IMG/VR virus record: IMGVR_UViG_3300015360_000041
Span: 2,900-66,899 of that record
Strand: one strand, 5' to 3'
Source of the DNA: a virus
DNA: 64,000 bases
Positions 18,959 through 29,605 of the stretch are shown here, in pieces. The translations under genes and the position numbers were made by a program. Position 1 is the stretch's first letter, and every line of letters begins with the position of its first letter. The notes below the pieces were generated by a model. The model was not told where the DNA came from, ran no database searches, and saw only the letters and a program-made list of their open reading frames with translations.

Positions 18959-21900
18959 ATGGCAAGTACCTCACGCAAATATTCTAGTATAAACGACCAA
19001 ACTGCGCAGCAAATACGCAACAATCAGAACACCCTAGAGATTTTAACTAAAATGGACCAGGCGTTACACAGCACGGAATCTTTCGTGACGGTGAAGACGA
19101 CTGACGCCACGGGCAAGGAAACTACGTCGCAGATAATCACTGTGGGATACTTCAAGCAGAAACTCGACCAGCTATTCAAGATGGTGAAGGTGCTGTCTGG
19201 AGTAGACGGCAATCCCGCGGCGTTGCAGATTGCCAACAACCAATTCAAAAGAATTGTTGTTGCCGATTTGAATTTAGAGCCTAAGCCAATCCCAGCAATA
19301 ACACCGGTGACGACTTTCAGGGCCGACCCAAACTGGATATTCGACGCATTCCTAAATCCAAAGATTTCTGTGGAACTTGACTTGACGGACAAGATTGACG
19401 ACGACACAAAGACGATACAGTCTAAGCGGTTCATCGTAGAATTTGACAGAGTTGTCACGTTAGACCCTAACGGCAACGAGTCAATACAGCTTACGCCTGC
19501 CGGAGCTGCCAGGAAGATAGAATTTGAAGCAAAGTACAAAGGAAAGAGCAACATCGACATGGTCGAGTTCATAACATGGCTAGACACTCCTGGACTGGTA
19601 AACCGCGTGGACGACACATTGTTGGACCAAGACTTTTTCAGAGTGGAGCCGAACAGACTGCAACACAAAGGAGACTTCACCATATCCGGTACGGACATCG
19701 ACACGCTAAACAAGAAATTATGGTATCTTTTAGATACCCTCACATATTACGACATATCTGACCCTTACAATCCGCCGAAACCAATCGATTTGAAAATCGG
19801 AGACTCGGTGAACGTAAACCCAAACCTTGCAGGTGTTCAATCTACCACTGTATACAAGGTCGTAGAAATATCCACAATCACATCCGAGTACAGAGTGCGT
19901 TTCGAACAGATGTACGGCGAAGAACCGATTCCCGTCAGACTAAACGCATTGAGCATATATTCGGACAGAGTTAAAAACAGGTCGGTTAAAATATCGGTAG
20001 GCTTCGACGACCACTGCGTCATATTCGTAAGACAGATAGATGACACGAACAACTTGGTCGGATTAGACTGGAGTCCTGGTGTCGGTTTCTGGACGAACGA
20101 CTTAAGATTAGACAACGCGAACGGAGAGCTTTTCTCGGAATTCTACATAAAGAAAGTTTACGATTACGGCCTCGTCATAGATGATTTGGTTTCTAAGAAA
20201 GTGCCTAACTACTATGGCATTAAACCGAGCGCGCCAAAACTCGATGTTACTAACTTCAAGGTAGTACAGATAAACGCACACTTGACGCAGACTGTGGAGG
20301 CTGAGCAGATACGCGACTTACACAACAACAAGAACAACCTAACGTCTGAGATTCAGCAGATTCAAGACACTGTCGAGAAGACCAACAGACTGATACAGAC
20401 GACGGTATTCGATTCGGCAGCAGACAGAAAGCGTTCTGAGGACGAACTATCATTGTTGACCAATAAATTGAACACTAAGAACCAGACAAAGTTCTCTGTA
20501 GTGCAGGACATCCTCGCAAGCAAGAAGAACCTAAACAAGATTGCGCCTACATACCACGCCAGGGGGTTCTTCCCTATGCCCGAGGCTGTAGACTCAACGA
20601 AGACGTCACCTCAGGAAGTTGTACAGTTCGAGATTTGGTACCGCAAACTTTCAACGTCAGGCGCGGAGAATCCGATTCTCACAATTCCAGACTTGAACAA
20701 CAGCGCTGCGAGGTCTGCCAATTCTGCGACTACACTGGCTAACGCAAACATAAGCAAACCGAAGACTGTAAACGGCGCCTTCTCTAACTGGCAGAAATAC
20801 AAGTCAGATTCTAGAAAGCGTTCGCAAGACCCAATATCTGGAGACTGGTTCTGGCACATAGAGGACGTCAGCGACGCAAACACACCGAACATAAACCAGA
20901 TAGACATTCCGATACTCCCTGGCGAGAAGATTCAGATAAGAGTGAAATCCCTATCGGAAGTAGGTTGGCCTGAGACTCCCGTAGAGTCAGACTTCAGCGA
21001 GGTGATTACTGTGGAATTTCCTAGCGATTTGAACAACGTCTTAAACGAAGACGAGTTCATCCTCAAGGAAGCACAGGCCGACGACATCAAGGTGAAATTC
21101 GAGAGAGACTTGGAATCCCGCGGTTTAAACTTACACCTCAACTCAGCACTGAGAGACGGCGACATATATTACGCGCACAGGTCCGATGCCATCGCATCAG
21201 GTTTCAAGGATACCAACAACAAGAACATAAATCTGTACGACCAACTAGTATTGATGGTCGCGACCATCAATACTCTCGAAGAGACTGTCAACAGGGCCAA
21301 GGGTATTCTCGAGGTTTACCTGGTAAAGTCCGGAAACAAGATTAGACTGTTTACCGGTAACAACCTGACTTACAACATCAACCTGGAAGACTACATGACT
21401 AAGACCAAAATCGGCGTCGTGTCTGACCCGAGAGACAGTACGTCTAGGACTTACACGAACGAGACACTCCAGATAAACGACTTCTCGATATTGGTGAAGA
21501 ATTCTGCTGCTGTAGCGCCGCTAGGACTATTGTCTTACCGCGGTTACGGGCAGCCAGCTGGTCTCACTCCGTCGCGTTTCGCTTATGACGGCGAGTCGAT
21601 TACTGCGGGAAAAGGCGTACAGCCTATATGGGTTCAGAGCGATTCTTCCATATTGAACGCTGAGATTCCGGGTAACTCTGCGGTGTCATACCTGACGGCA
21701 CCTAGATACGCGACGCAACAGAACAACCAGTGGTTGTGGCTGCAGGTCCGCGACTTGAACGGTAACTACATATACGATTCGACCACAGGACAACCTGCTA
21801 ATATTTTATGGGATTCTTTTTTAAATGTTGCTTTTGGCACAAACACATATGCTGGTGGCGCCGGTCCAGCAGTTCAGAATTGTGCCACACGTATAATAGA

Positions 21901-22858
21901 CGCTATACATTCCACAGATTATAATGTAGGTTTCTACAGTAGTGGCTCGGTACAGGCCAAACATTCGCCAATACCTGGTACATATGCGCCAGTGACTAAG
22001 ATAACAAACGAACTAAACTGGTCTATAGCCGAGGGACACAGCACCGGTGGAGATACCACAATGTTGACAACCGTCGGTAAAGGTGACATGGGCTCTACGA
22101 TTCACCCGGTTGTTTCAGGATTCGGAGACATCGTGGACACGTCAACACAGTTGACTAAATACATAAAGACCGGAGACACCAACTCGGTGCTTGTGCCCAT
22201 TTATATTTTCGCTAAGGCATACACAGGGACCAAGGTATTATCGGCAGTAGGACAAACTTTAGATAAAAATAAGCCGTTCGTTGATACGGCAACCCAGGCG
22301 TCTTCTGGAGATTTCCCGGGCATAACAACGAGCACAAGCGCTCCTGTAGGCAAGTTGGTAATTAACGTATCGTCAAATGCGAATAACACAATAAGAATAG
22401 GCGACAGGATAGTTCTTTCTGGATTGGTTACTCCATCATGTGTCGCAGCAAACAATAAACCGTTGAGAGTTACAAACGCGACTGCTGGTGGTATGATAAC
22501 TACCGACTATACATGTGTTGCATTTATCGGAGCAGCCGGGAATGAACCTACTATTGTACTCCAACAATTACACAAGAAATATGTCAATGTCGACTCAGGC
22601 CCAGAATTACACGCATATAATGTCTTAGGTCAAATAGGAGGGAACACACGATACGTCACTAATTATGTCGAGATAGTCACTACTACTGTGGCACCCAAGC
22701 CTAAAATACACACAAAGAAATTACGTTTCTACCTCGAAGACGAGAATAACATACGTCCGTTCGAGTTCCAGTTGAACTGGATATTGACACAATACAAACC
22801 GGTACAGTTATCAACTGTATTTAGCAGTGGCGGTGGCGGTCCATCTAGTTCTATCTAA
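18959..22858 (+). CDS. large putative virion structural protein (1299 aa)
   Basis: Late-type promoter, beta-rich Thr/Gly/Ser C-terminus, central coiled coil, downstream terminator. Confidence 0.6.
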   Translation: MASTSRKYSSINDQTAQQIRNNQNTLEILTKMDQALHSTESFVTVKTTDATGKETTSQIITVGYFKQKLDQLFKMVKVLSGVDGNPAALQIANNQFKRIVVADLNLEPKPIPAITPVTTFRADPNWIFDAFLNPKISVELDLTDKIDDDTKTIQSKRFIVEFDRVVTLDPNGNESIQLTPAGAARKIEFEAKYKGKSNIDMVEFITWLDTPGLVNRVDDTLLDQDFFRVEPNRLQHKGDFTISGTDIDTLNKKLWYLLDTLTYYDISDPYNPPKPIDLKIGDSVNVNPNLAGVQSTTVYKVVEISTITSEYRVRFEQMYGEEPIPVRLNALSIYSDRVKNRSVKISVGFDDHCVIFVRQIDDTNNLVGLDWSPGVGFWTNDLRLDNANGELFSEFYIKKVYDYGLVIDDLVSKKVPNYYGIKPSAPKLDVTNFKVVQINAHLTQTVEAEQIRDLHNNKNNLTSEIQQIQDTVEKTNRLIQTTVFDSAADRKRSEDELSLLTNKLNTKNQTKFSVVQDILASKKNLNKIAPTYHARGFFPMPEAVDSTKTSPQEVVQFEIWYRKLSTSGAENPILTIPDLNNSAARSANSATTLANANISKPKTVNGAFSNWQKYKSDSRKRSQDPISGDWFWHIEDVSDANTPNINQIDIPILPGEKIQIRVKSLSEVGWPETPVESDFSEVITVEFPSDLNNVLNEDEFILKEAQADDIKVKFERDLESRGLNLHLNSALRDGDIYYAHRSDAIASGFKDTNNKNINLYDQLVLMVATINTLEETVNRAKGILEVYLVKSGNKIRLFTGNNLTYNINLEDYMTKTKIGVVSDPRDSTSRTYTNETLQINDFSILVKNSAAVAPLGLLSYRGYGQPAGLTPSRFAYDGESITAGKGVQPIWVQSDSSILNAEIPGNSAVSYLTAPRYATQQNNQWLWLQVRDLNGNYIYDSTTGQPANILWDSFLNVAFGTNTYAGGAGPAVQNCATRIIDAIHSTDYNVGFYSSGSVQAKHSPIPGTYAPVTKITNELNWSIAEGHSTGGDTTMLTTVGKGDMGSTIHPVVSGFGDIVDTSTQLTKYIKTGDTNSVLVPIYIFAKAYTGTKVLSAVGQTLDKNKPFVDTATQASSGDFPGITTSTSAPVGKLVINVSSNANNTIRIGDRIVLSGLVTPSCVAANNKPLRVTNATAGGMITTDYTCVAFIGAAGNEPTIVLQQLHKKYVNVDSGPELHAYNVLGQIGGNTRYVTNYVEIVTTTVAPKPKIHTKKLRFYLEDENNIRPFEFQLNWILTQYKPVQLSTVFSSGGGGPSSSI

Positions 22859-22888
22859 TTTTTAATATATTGATTACTAATAAGTTAC

Positions 22889-22924
22889 AAAAAATCCGGA
22901 AAATAACTCATTCCGGATTTTTTT
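22889..22924. terminator. bidirectional intrinsic terminator
   Basis: AAAAAATCCGGAA...TTCCGGATTTTTTT. Confidence 0.85.
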
Positions 22925-22981
22925 ATATGGAAAATAATACATATCTTTACTCTATATTAACAACCTAAAAATCAAAAAAAC

Positions 22982-23668
22982 ATGAAAAATCAAATCTTAT
23001 CTTTAATCTTTGTGATTAGTGCATTAACCGGTTTCTCTCAGACGTTGCCGACATACAAGACTACATCTAACTTGACGCCAATCCAAATCAGTGCGTGCGG
23101 TAACGAAAATTTCCAGACACCCGACACGTTGTTAGTTCCTGTAGGAGACAGTGTTTGGGTTGGGAATATAAACGTTTGGAATTACAACTGGCTCGGTTAT
23201 GATAGTATCGAAAAATTTTACCTTTTTAAACAAAATTTAATAACATCTATCGGTATTTGTATCGACACGGTGATTATAGGCAACAACGAAGATTTCCGGT
23301 TCAAGGTGACGAACACGACTAAATACAGATATGCAATTGTCCACATATTTCCGTTTCATACAACACATATGATATTTTATGTACGTGGGACTATGGGATT
23401 GACCACTGGCATTCCGAGTCGTGACAACAGTAAAGCCGTGCTGAACGCGTTTCCTAATCCGGCGTCGACTGAATTGACGCTGACCTTCAATACGAACAAG
23501 CACGACGAGAAAATAGAGCTGCTCGACATACATGGACGCATAATCATACAGAACACCGATGAGCGCGAGCTAGGCCGCAATACCGTTAAATTAGACGTGT
23601 CGCAACTTAGTGCAGGAATATACACCGCACGAATCGGTTCTGAAACTATCAAGTTCATGAAGATATAA
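22982..23668 (+). CDS. secreted protein with signal peptide and T9SS C-terminal sorting domain
   Basis: MKNQILSLIF...GFSQ signal; AFPNPA...DIHGR...LDVSQLSAGIY...KFMK type A CTD. Confidence 0.85.
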   Translation: MKNQILSLIFVISALTGFSQTLPTYKTTSNLTPIQISACGNENFQTPDTLLVPVGDSVWVGNINVWNYNWLGYDSIEKFYLFKQNLITSIGICIDTVIIGNNEDFRFKVTNTTKYRYAIVHIFPFHTTHMIFYVRGTMGLTTGIPSRDNSKAVLNAFPNPASTELTLTFNTNKHDEKIELLDIHGRIIIQNTDERELGRNTVKLDVSQLSAGIYTARIGSETIKFMKI

Positions 23669-23686
23669 CGGATTAGTCATTCTCAC

Positions 23687-23719
23687 AAAAAGACCTTCAG
23701 TTTCTGAAGGTCTTTTTTT
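23687..23719. terminator. bidirectional intrinsic terminator
   Basis: AAAAAGACCTTCAG-TTT-CTGAAGGTCTTTTTTT. Confidence 0.85.
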
Positions 23720-23756
23720 ATTCGCATAATTGTAGAAATAACATATAAATAAAAAC

Positions 23757-24209
23757 ATGAGCTATCAAGAATTCAAAGCAGAGATACAGCAGTCTATAAA
23801 GGAAGCGATGCTTGCAAAAAATCAACATCTATTGGACACACTGCGTTCAATTTCTGCAGGTCTTACGAATGCAGAGAAGTCCGAGAGGAACATCGGCAAG
23901 GAGTTGGACCCGTTGTCAGTTGTGGCTGCCCTGGCCAGGCAGAGACAGCAAAGCATAATTGCGTATACCGAGGCTGGAAACAAGGCGATGGCGGACTCAG
24001 AACAGACCGAATTGGGCATCATAGAATCTTACCTACCTAAGAAGTTGACGGAACCAGAGATAGACGGTGTCATATCGCTGATGGTTACATCGGAATTCAT
24101 TGGTGCCACGGCAAAGGACAAGGGCCGTGTGGTTAACGCGTTCAAAGAGAAGCATTCGGCACAGAACATGCAGCACGTCATGGCGGCGATTGCGAAATAT
24201 TTGAAATAA
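23757..24209 (+). CDS. GatB/YqeY domain protein
   Basis: IKEAMLAK..LDTLRSI, RQRQQSI..Y..AG, E.GIIESYLPK.L, KDKGRV. Confidence 0.85.
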   Translation: MSYQEFKAEIQQSIKEAMLAKNQHLLDTLRSISAGLTNAEKSERNIGKELDPLSVVAALARQRQQSIIAYTEAGNKAMADSEQTELGIIESYLPKKLTEPEIDGVISLMVTSEFIGATAKDKGRVVNAFKEKHSAQNMQHVMAAIAKYLK

Positions 24210-24236
24210 AACTTAGTGCAAATTTAAACAATACTG

Positions 24237-24269
24237 CCCGTTCATTAATATATAATATTAATGAACGGG
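24237..24269. repeat. perfect 14-bp inverted repeat covering a late-promoter motif and the orphan ATG
   Basis: CCCGTTCATTAATA-TATAA-TATTAATGAACGGG. Confidence 0.9.
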
Positions 24270-24314
24270 TCTATTTCATTACTAAGGGCCAATCCGGCCT
24301 TAACAACCTTTTGA
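24261..24314 (+). pseudogene. orphan duplicate of the first 16 codons of the 25441 gene
   Basis: MNGSISLLRANPALTTF* versus MNGSISLLRANPSLTTN at 25441. Confidence 0.9.
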
Positions 24315-25355
24315 TTTATGTTTTTGATACCAACCATTTTGTAAATATTCATTAAGTTCAACAGATTTTATCATTTTTCTTTCACTGGTATTTTTGTCAG
24401 TTACCCATAATTTTCCAAATGATGGATTTTTATTACCTTTTCGTAATTTTGCTTTTTCACTCATTTTTTGTTTTGTAATATCACTATGTTTTTTACCCTT
24501 ACCAACAAATAATAATTCTCCAGATAAATAACGACTATCGTCTTTAAAGACATTAAAAATATTGTTATTATTATCTTTTACTGTAACCATATTTTTTGAT
24601 GACCCAAAAAATTCACCGGATAAATATCTAATGTCATCAGAGTTTACTGTATATTTATTTCCGTGTATATCTTGAACGTGTACTATATTAGTATTTGGAT
24701 GATATAATTCGCCGGATAAATAACGTGGGTCGTTTAATTTTACTTTATAAAAATTTCCATTTTTATCAATTAATGTTATTTTACCCTTTGTATTTCCGGA
24801 TATTTCCCCGGATAAATAACGTGGGTCATTTTTATGAACTTGCATAGTTTTACCAGTTTCATCGATAGCTGTAAATAAATCAAGTGTTATGTGTTTAAGT
24901 TCGCCTGCTAAATATTGTTTATCGGTAACATCAACTCTGGAAGTATTGCCAAATTTATCTTTAACTGTTACAAAACCAGTATTTATATGTAACAATTCGC
25001 CAGATAAATAACGTGGGTCATTTTTATGAACTTGCATAGTTTTACCAGTTGTATCTTTTACACAAACTGTATCTTGTACATTAAATTGACCACCGCCCAA
25101 AATTATATTATATGTATCATTTCGTGCAATAAAATATTTATTTACTAATTCTTTCTCTTTCAAAAGCATATCATGTTTATTATCAAATATATACAATAAT
25201 AATTTATCAAAATTATGTAAACCATATTCCTTAATTGCCTTTTTAATATTTGTCCCAGAACCCATGTATGTGTCATTTCGTGTTTTTGTCGCATGTACAC
25301 CAATATAAATCATGTTATTTATTTTATTTGTTATTTGATATACTACATATTTCAT
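24300..25355 (-). mobile_element. free-standing GIY-YIG homing endonuclease with tandem DPRYLSGE-type repeats and a NUMOD3-like motif
   Basis: YVVYQITN...YIGVH...YMGSG, HSDITKQKMSE; AT-rich island; probable ATG at 25355. Confidence 0.9.
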
Positions 25356-25427
25356 ATTTCGTGCCAATTACTTTTGTATTTTTATATATTATATTTGAAC
25401 AGTTATAAAATCAACTTATATTTTTTT

Positions 25428-25436
25428 AATATATAA
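25428..25436 (+). promoter_or_regulatory. putative late promoter AATATATAA (recurrent motif)
   Basis: Same motif at 2531, 24247, 39761 and 58450 (+), at 7055-7063 and 25382-25390 (-), and upstream of 18959 and 36996. Confidence 0.6.
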
Positions 25437-25440
25437 CAGC

Positions 25441-28400
25441 ATGAATGGTTCAATATCCTTATTGCGTGCAAATCCCAGTTTAACGACCAACATAAAACTG
25501 GTAGTCGATACTCAATACAATCTGTATTTTGAGTCGTACTCTGCCAACCGAGAATTGTCTGACAAGAGTTTCAAGAAATACCAGATAACCGCGGATTCCT
25601 TCCTGTCCCAGAAAATTGCGGCATTCTACAAGGGATTGCCGACTGACATCGCGTTCGACGTCAAAAACGACATCAATCCCGACGTTATACAATCCGACTA
25701 CAACAAACAGTTTGATGACATCTACTATTCCGGCGGTCGAAACGTGGAAGATACCAGATACCTGGAGGAATTCCAGTACAACACGACGTTGAAGATTGTC
25801 CCGAACAACATGCCTAAGTATTTCATGGTGTTCCGTGTCGACGGCCCGGGTACCGAGGAAATGGTTAACTATAATGAGACAGTTGCACCGCTCGACCCGA
25901 GCAATACGACAAACCCGATGAGTTACATATCGTCAGCAAAGCTCATAAGCACTTTCGACCTGACTCCGAAGACTAACCTAGGCAGATTGTGGAAGAAGAA
26001 CTACATCGACGACGACTTGCTGTTGCGCTCGCCTGTCGAGTTCAATTTCAAGCAGTACGAGTTCAGTAAGTGGAACGGTTACGACTACCACACAGGCGGC
26101 ACTGTATCCAAATCGTTATTCATGAACGAGTACATGCTAAACCAGACGACGCCATTTGATATTGAATCGTTCATAACTGACGGGTTCAAGAAGAACTCTG
26201 TGGTGTCTTCTCACTTCACCAACATATCTTTCCTGTACGACGACACGGTCGCCGGGGTGTTTTACAAATCGGACACACCTGGGCAGTTCGTATATTACGA
26301 GAAAGATTATCCGTTCATCACTAAATACATACATGAGGGTTTCATAAAGTCTACGCAGTACACCAGGTTCATAGAACCTGTCACCAATGAAATATATTAC
26401 ACGTTCAGCGAGCATGTCACTTACCGCAGGAAGTGGACCATAAACAGGTACACCGGGTTTTACATAGACGAACTGATTGGGACCGATGTAGTGTCGCCAT
26501 ATGTGCCGGTACAATTCGAATACGGTAAGGGCATATACATAGTGTCGAACGTATTCAGGAATGCGAATACACCGGCCGCACCATCTGTTAGCCCTGTCAG
26601 CGGGACGTACAACGCACAGCTTCCAGTATATTTCAAGATTGACACACAGCTATTCCTTGTAGAATTCCAGAACAACGAGTACGTGTTGATTAGCGACACT
26701 GTGCATTCAGGTATGATGGATTCCTTCATCGATGCAGCACAGAAGCCAATAAAGATCGAGTATGAGAACGACGAATGGAGTATATCAGTACCGACGCTTA
26801 ATGACACATTCAGGGCGTACATAAAGAACACTGACAACACATATTACCAAAAGTTTGAGGTATCGCGTAACATTAATTCTATATACGTCATAAAGATTGT
26901 GGACAGATACTACCGCATAGGCGTAGACGCATACAACAACAGGCTGTTCGTACAGACTGACGATTACATAACTTGTGATTCGTCTATACTGTACCGCAAG
27001 TTGGGTTTCGATGGTCTTAGGGTAGATAACATCCAGGTGTTGACCAAAGACAACGACGTCACATATTTCCAGATTTACAAATTAAAACTGACAGAGATTG
27101 GCGACTGGGATTTCACACGTGAGAACACAACATATGCAGGAATAGAATACAACAAGACTGACAGCGTGTCACACGGCAGGCCTTTCCTTTTCCAATTGGA
27201 TGTCAAGGACACGAACGTGCCCAAGGACCATTACTCGGAGAAATACTATAACATATGGGTCGACGACCAGATCGTGACGATGAGCAACTACCTGTTGTAC
27301 TCCGGACAATTCGTGTTACCACAGGCCAGCGAGTATGCTGCTAGCGGCGACTTGTACATGCTTGACAAAATGAGTAACCTGACTCGCATCTGGAATGTCA
27401 ACCAGAGCGTGGCAAAATGGGGGATATACCAGTCGATAAACAACATGTCAGTGCCTTACAGCATAAACAATTCGCTTGATGTTTGTGGGCCGTACAATTT
27501 CACACCTAACATGTACTCGCCGTTCGTGGACATTAAGGAACTGACGCTAGACTGGTTCTACACCCTGGGAAAACCGGTAAATTACAGTGCCGATGATTAT
27601 TACGGGCTGACGTATTTCAGCGGAAATAATGTGTGGAACGTGACCGAACGCACACTCAACATAGATTTACCTACGCTGTCTACGCCATACATATTAAACC
27701 CACAATTCAGACTTGCTTACAAGTACAAAATAGACATGGAGTACTACAAGAACCCCGGGGCGGTGATAGACTATTTCGATTACGTGTTCAACCAATCGGT
27801 CGAGATTGACGATTCCGATGGTGATTTGTTGATGCTGCAGTACTACAAGCGCATCGCGTATTTCACAGAGAGTGACAGAGTGAACGGTCCTGCAGTATTT
27901 TTCAAGGGGTTGTCTGCGTCCATACAGTATGTCGATACGGCGGACCCTAACACTAATAGCAATTTCAAAGTATCCCCGGCAAACGACCTGTCAGGATATG
28001 GATTCTCTATACTGTTCAGCCCGAGATTCACGACCTCGCCATTGCTGTTGGGCAAGGCAGGCATCGAGATTATACTGAACAAGATTTACAACAACGTCAT
28101 GATAAACATGTACGTGTACACGCTGCCGGGTACTTACACATCGCTGTGTTACAAAGAACGCGACAGGGTTTACAACGACTCGTTCGTACAGTTCACAGGG
28201 TGGGCCGACCCGTCAATCATGTCGGTTTACACGTTCTACGACAGTGAATTACCGACACAGTCGCTGACACTCAAGACCATCACCGACATACTTTCACAGA
28301 ACATGCACACGCACCCACATTTCAGCCAAGGAATAAAATACACTGTCGTTGAGAATGTCGTTGAGTATCCTCTGGAATCGATAACGTGCGATTGGCTGCC

Positions 28401-29604
28401 ATTGGCTAACCGGTCTGTAGTGACATTAAAGTTCCTGAAGGACATACCGTTGAAGCACGGCGACTGGATATTCATACAGAACACGACTTACGCGGTGTTC
28501 GACACTAACCTACAGATTGATACAAAGAAACACAATCGTTCTGTTACCGTAGTTGTAGACAATGACCAGACCACACAAGTGGGCATCATGAACAACGCAC
28601 TGTATAATAACTCGTCTAATATAAAAGTTACGAAAGAGAAATCTGTGTACCCGTTCAGGTTGAAAGTCAACAAGCCTGACAACATAAAGATAAACCGTTC
28701 GTCTAACATGGTCGCCGGCGATACCTCGTGTCCCGTCAAACCTAGGAATACTTTCAGTGTAAACACAGACATAATAGTAAGTAACGAGAACTACTATGAG
28801 CGTGTTCCATACGTGTACGTAGACGATAACATAAGCAGACGATTGATGAAATCGAATACGAAGGAATTACCACACTCGGTACTTGACGGTCTTCCGTCAA
28901 TATTCAGGTACAGCGCAGATTACGAACCTATATTAAACACCGTAGACATGTTCAAACAGTCGGCATTGACTTCATACAATAACGCGCACACGATCGGAAT
29001 CAGCATGCCTGCGGGAACCGCGTTCTACATGGAGTCAGACATCATAAACAACAAGTATCACATATCGGTCCACGTCACTGACGTACTGAATCAGCTATAT
29101 GACAACGTGACCGGGCTTCAGATCATAGCAGTCGGTGACGCGTTGTATGTGCATGACACTAACGATTTCCCTTGGGCTGAATATAGGACGGGCCACGTCA
29201 TAGCAGTATCGGAATCAACACTTGGCCCTGTAGGACCAAACAAGTCGTATAAGATAACGCTGAGTTTCGAGTTCACATTTTTGCCAATACTGACAGACAT
29301 AGATTTTGCGATAACGCCGAAGACTTTCAGGATGTACCTATTCAAGTATTCGCAAGCTAATACTGCGTTCGAGTACCAGTACGCGAATTTTGGCAAGACC
29401 CGCGAGACCATGATAAGCAAGGTGTACACGGGAGTGAACCCGCTGCAGACCAGCAACCAGATATGGAAGACGACCAACAAGTACCCGATGATAGACGAGC
29501 ACGGCATGACGACAATATCGCGAAACCTGTTCAAGTCGTCATGGGACCCTAATTACTATTACAAGACAATCTCGAAAAAACACGAAGTAAAACCATTATC
29601 ATAA
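25441..29604 (+). CDS. large putative virion (baseplate/tail) protein (1387 aa)
   Basis: Late-type promoter, aromatic/beta-rich composition, coupled to the next gene. Confidence 0.6.
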   Translation: MNGSISLLRANPSLTTNIKLVVDTQYNLYFESYSANRELSDKSFKKYQITADSFLSQKIAAFYKGLPTDIAFDVKNDINPDVIQSDYNKQFDDIYYSGGRNVEDTRYLEEFQYNTTLKIVPNNMPKYFMVFRVDGPGTEEMVNYNETVAPLDPSNTTNPMSYISSAKLISTFDLTPKTNLGRLWKKNYIDDDLLLRSPVEFNFKQYEFSKWNGYDYHTGGTVSKSLFMNEYMLNQTTPFDIESFITDGFKKNSVVSSHFTNISFLYDDTVAGVFYKSDTPGQFVYYEKDYPFITKYIHEGFIKSTQYTRFIEPVTNEIYYTFSEHVTYRRKWTINRYTGFYIDELIGTDVVSPYVPVQFEYGKGIYIVSNVFRNANTPAAPSVSPVSGTYNAQLPVYFKIDTQLFLVEFQNNEYVLISDTVHSGMMDSFIDAAQKPIKIEYENDEWSISVPTLNDTFRAYIKNTDNTYYQKFEVSRNINSIYVIKIVDRYYRIGVDAYNNRLFVQTDDYITCDSSILYRKLGFDGLRVDNIQVLTKDNDVTYFQIYKLKLTEIGDWDFTRENTTYAGIEYNKTDSVSHGRPFLFQLDVKDTNVPKDHYSEKYYNIWVDDQIVTMSNYLLYSGQFVLPQASEYAASGDLYMLDKMSNLTRIWNVNQSVAKWGIYQSINNMSVPYSINNSLDVCGPYNFTPNMYSPFVDIKELTLDWFYTLGKPVNYSADDYYGLTYFSGNNVWNVTERTLNIDLPTLSTPYILNPQFRLAYKYKIDMEYYKNPGAVIDYFDYVFNQSVEIDDSDGDLLMLQYYKRIAYFTESDRVNGPAVFFKGLSASIQYVDTADPNTNSNFKVSPANDLSGYGFSILFSPRFTTSPLLLGKAGIEIILNKIYNNVMINMYVYTLPGTYTSLCYKERDRVYNDSFVQFTGWADPSIMSVYTFYDSELPTQSLTLKTITDILSQNMHTHPHFSQGIKYTVVENVVEYPLESITCDWLPLANRSVVTLKFLKDIPLKHGDWIFIQNTTYAVFDTNLQIDTKKHNRSVTVVVDNDQTTQVGIMNNALYNNSSNIKVTKEKSVYPFRLKVNKPDNIKINRSSNMVAGDTSCPVKPRNTFSVNTDIIVSNENYYERVPYVYVDDNISRRLMKSNTKELPHSVLDGLPSIFRYSADYEPILNTVDMFKQSALTSYNNAHTIGISMPAGTAFYMESDIINNKYHISVHVTDVLNQLYDNVTGLQIIAVGDALYVHDTNDFPWAEYRTGHVIAVSESTLGPVGPNKSYKITLSFEFTFLPILTDIDFAITPKTFRMYLFKYSQANTAFEYQYANFGKTRETMISKVYTGVNPLQTSNQIWKTTNKYPMIDEHGMTTISRNLFKSSWDPNYYYKTISKKHEVKPLS

Positions 29605-29605
29605 G

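Noticed and set aside
24500-25060. Direct repeats as a possible DGR template/variable pair
   Set aside because: They are coding DPRYLSGE modules of the endonuclease; no reverse transcriptase is seen in the window
24300-25440. Group I intron carrying the GIY-YIG gene
   Set aside because: The ORF is antisense and fills nearly the whole insert, leaving no room for a ribozyme core, and the host gene restarts with its own ATG
19024-29534. Many antisense ORFs of 60-240 aa within large genes
   Set aside because: Shadow frames produced by codon bias; no motifs or promoters
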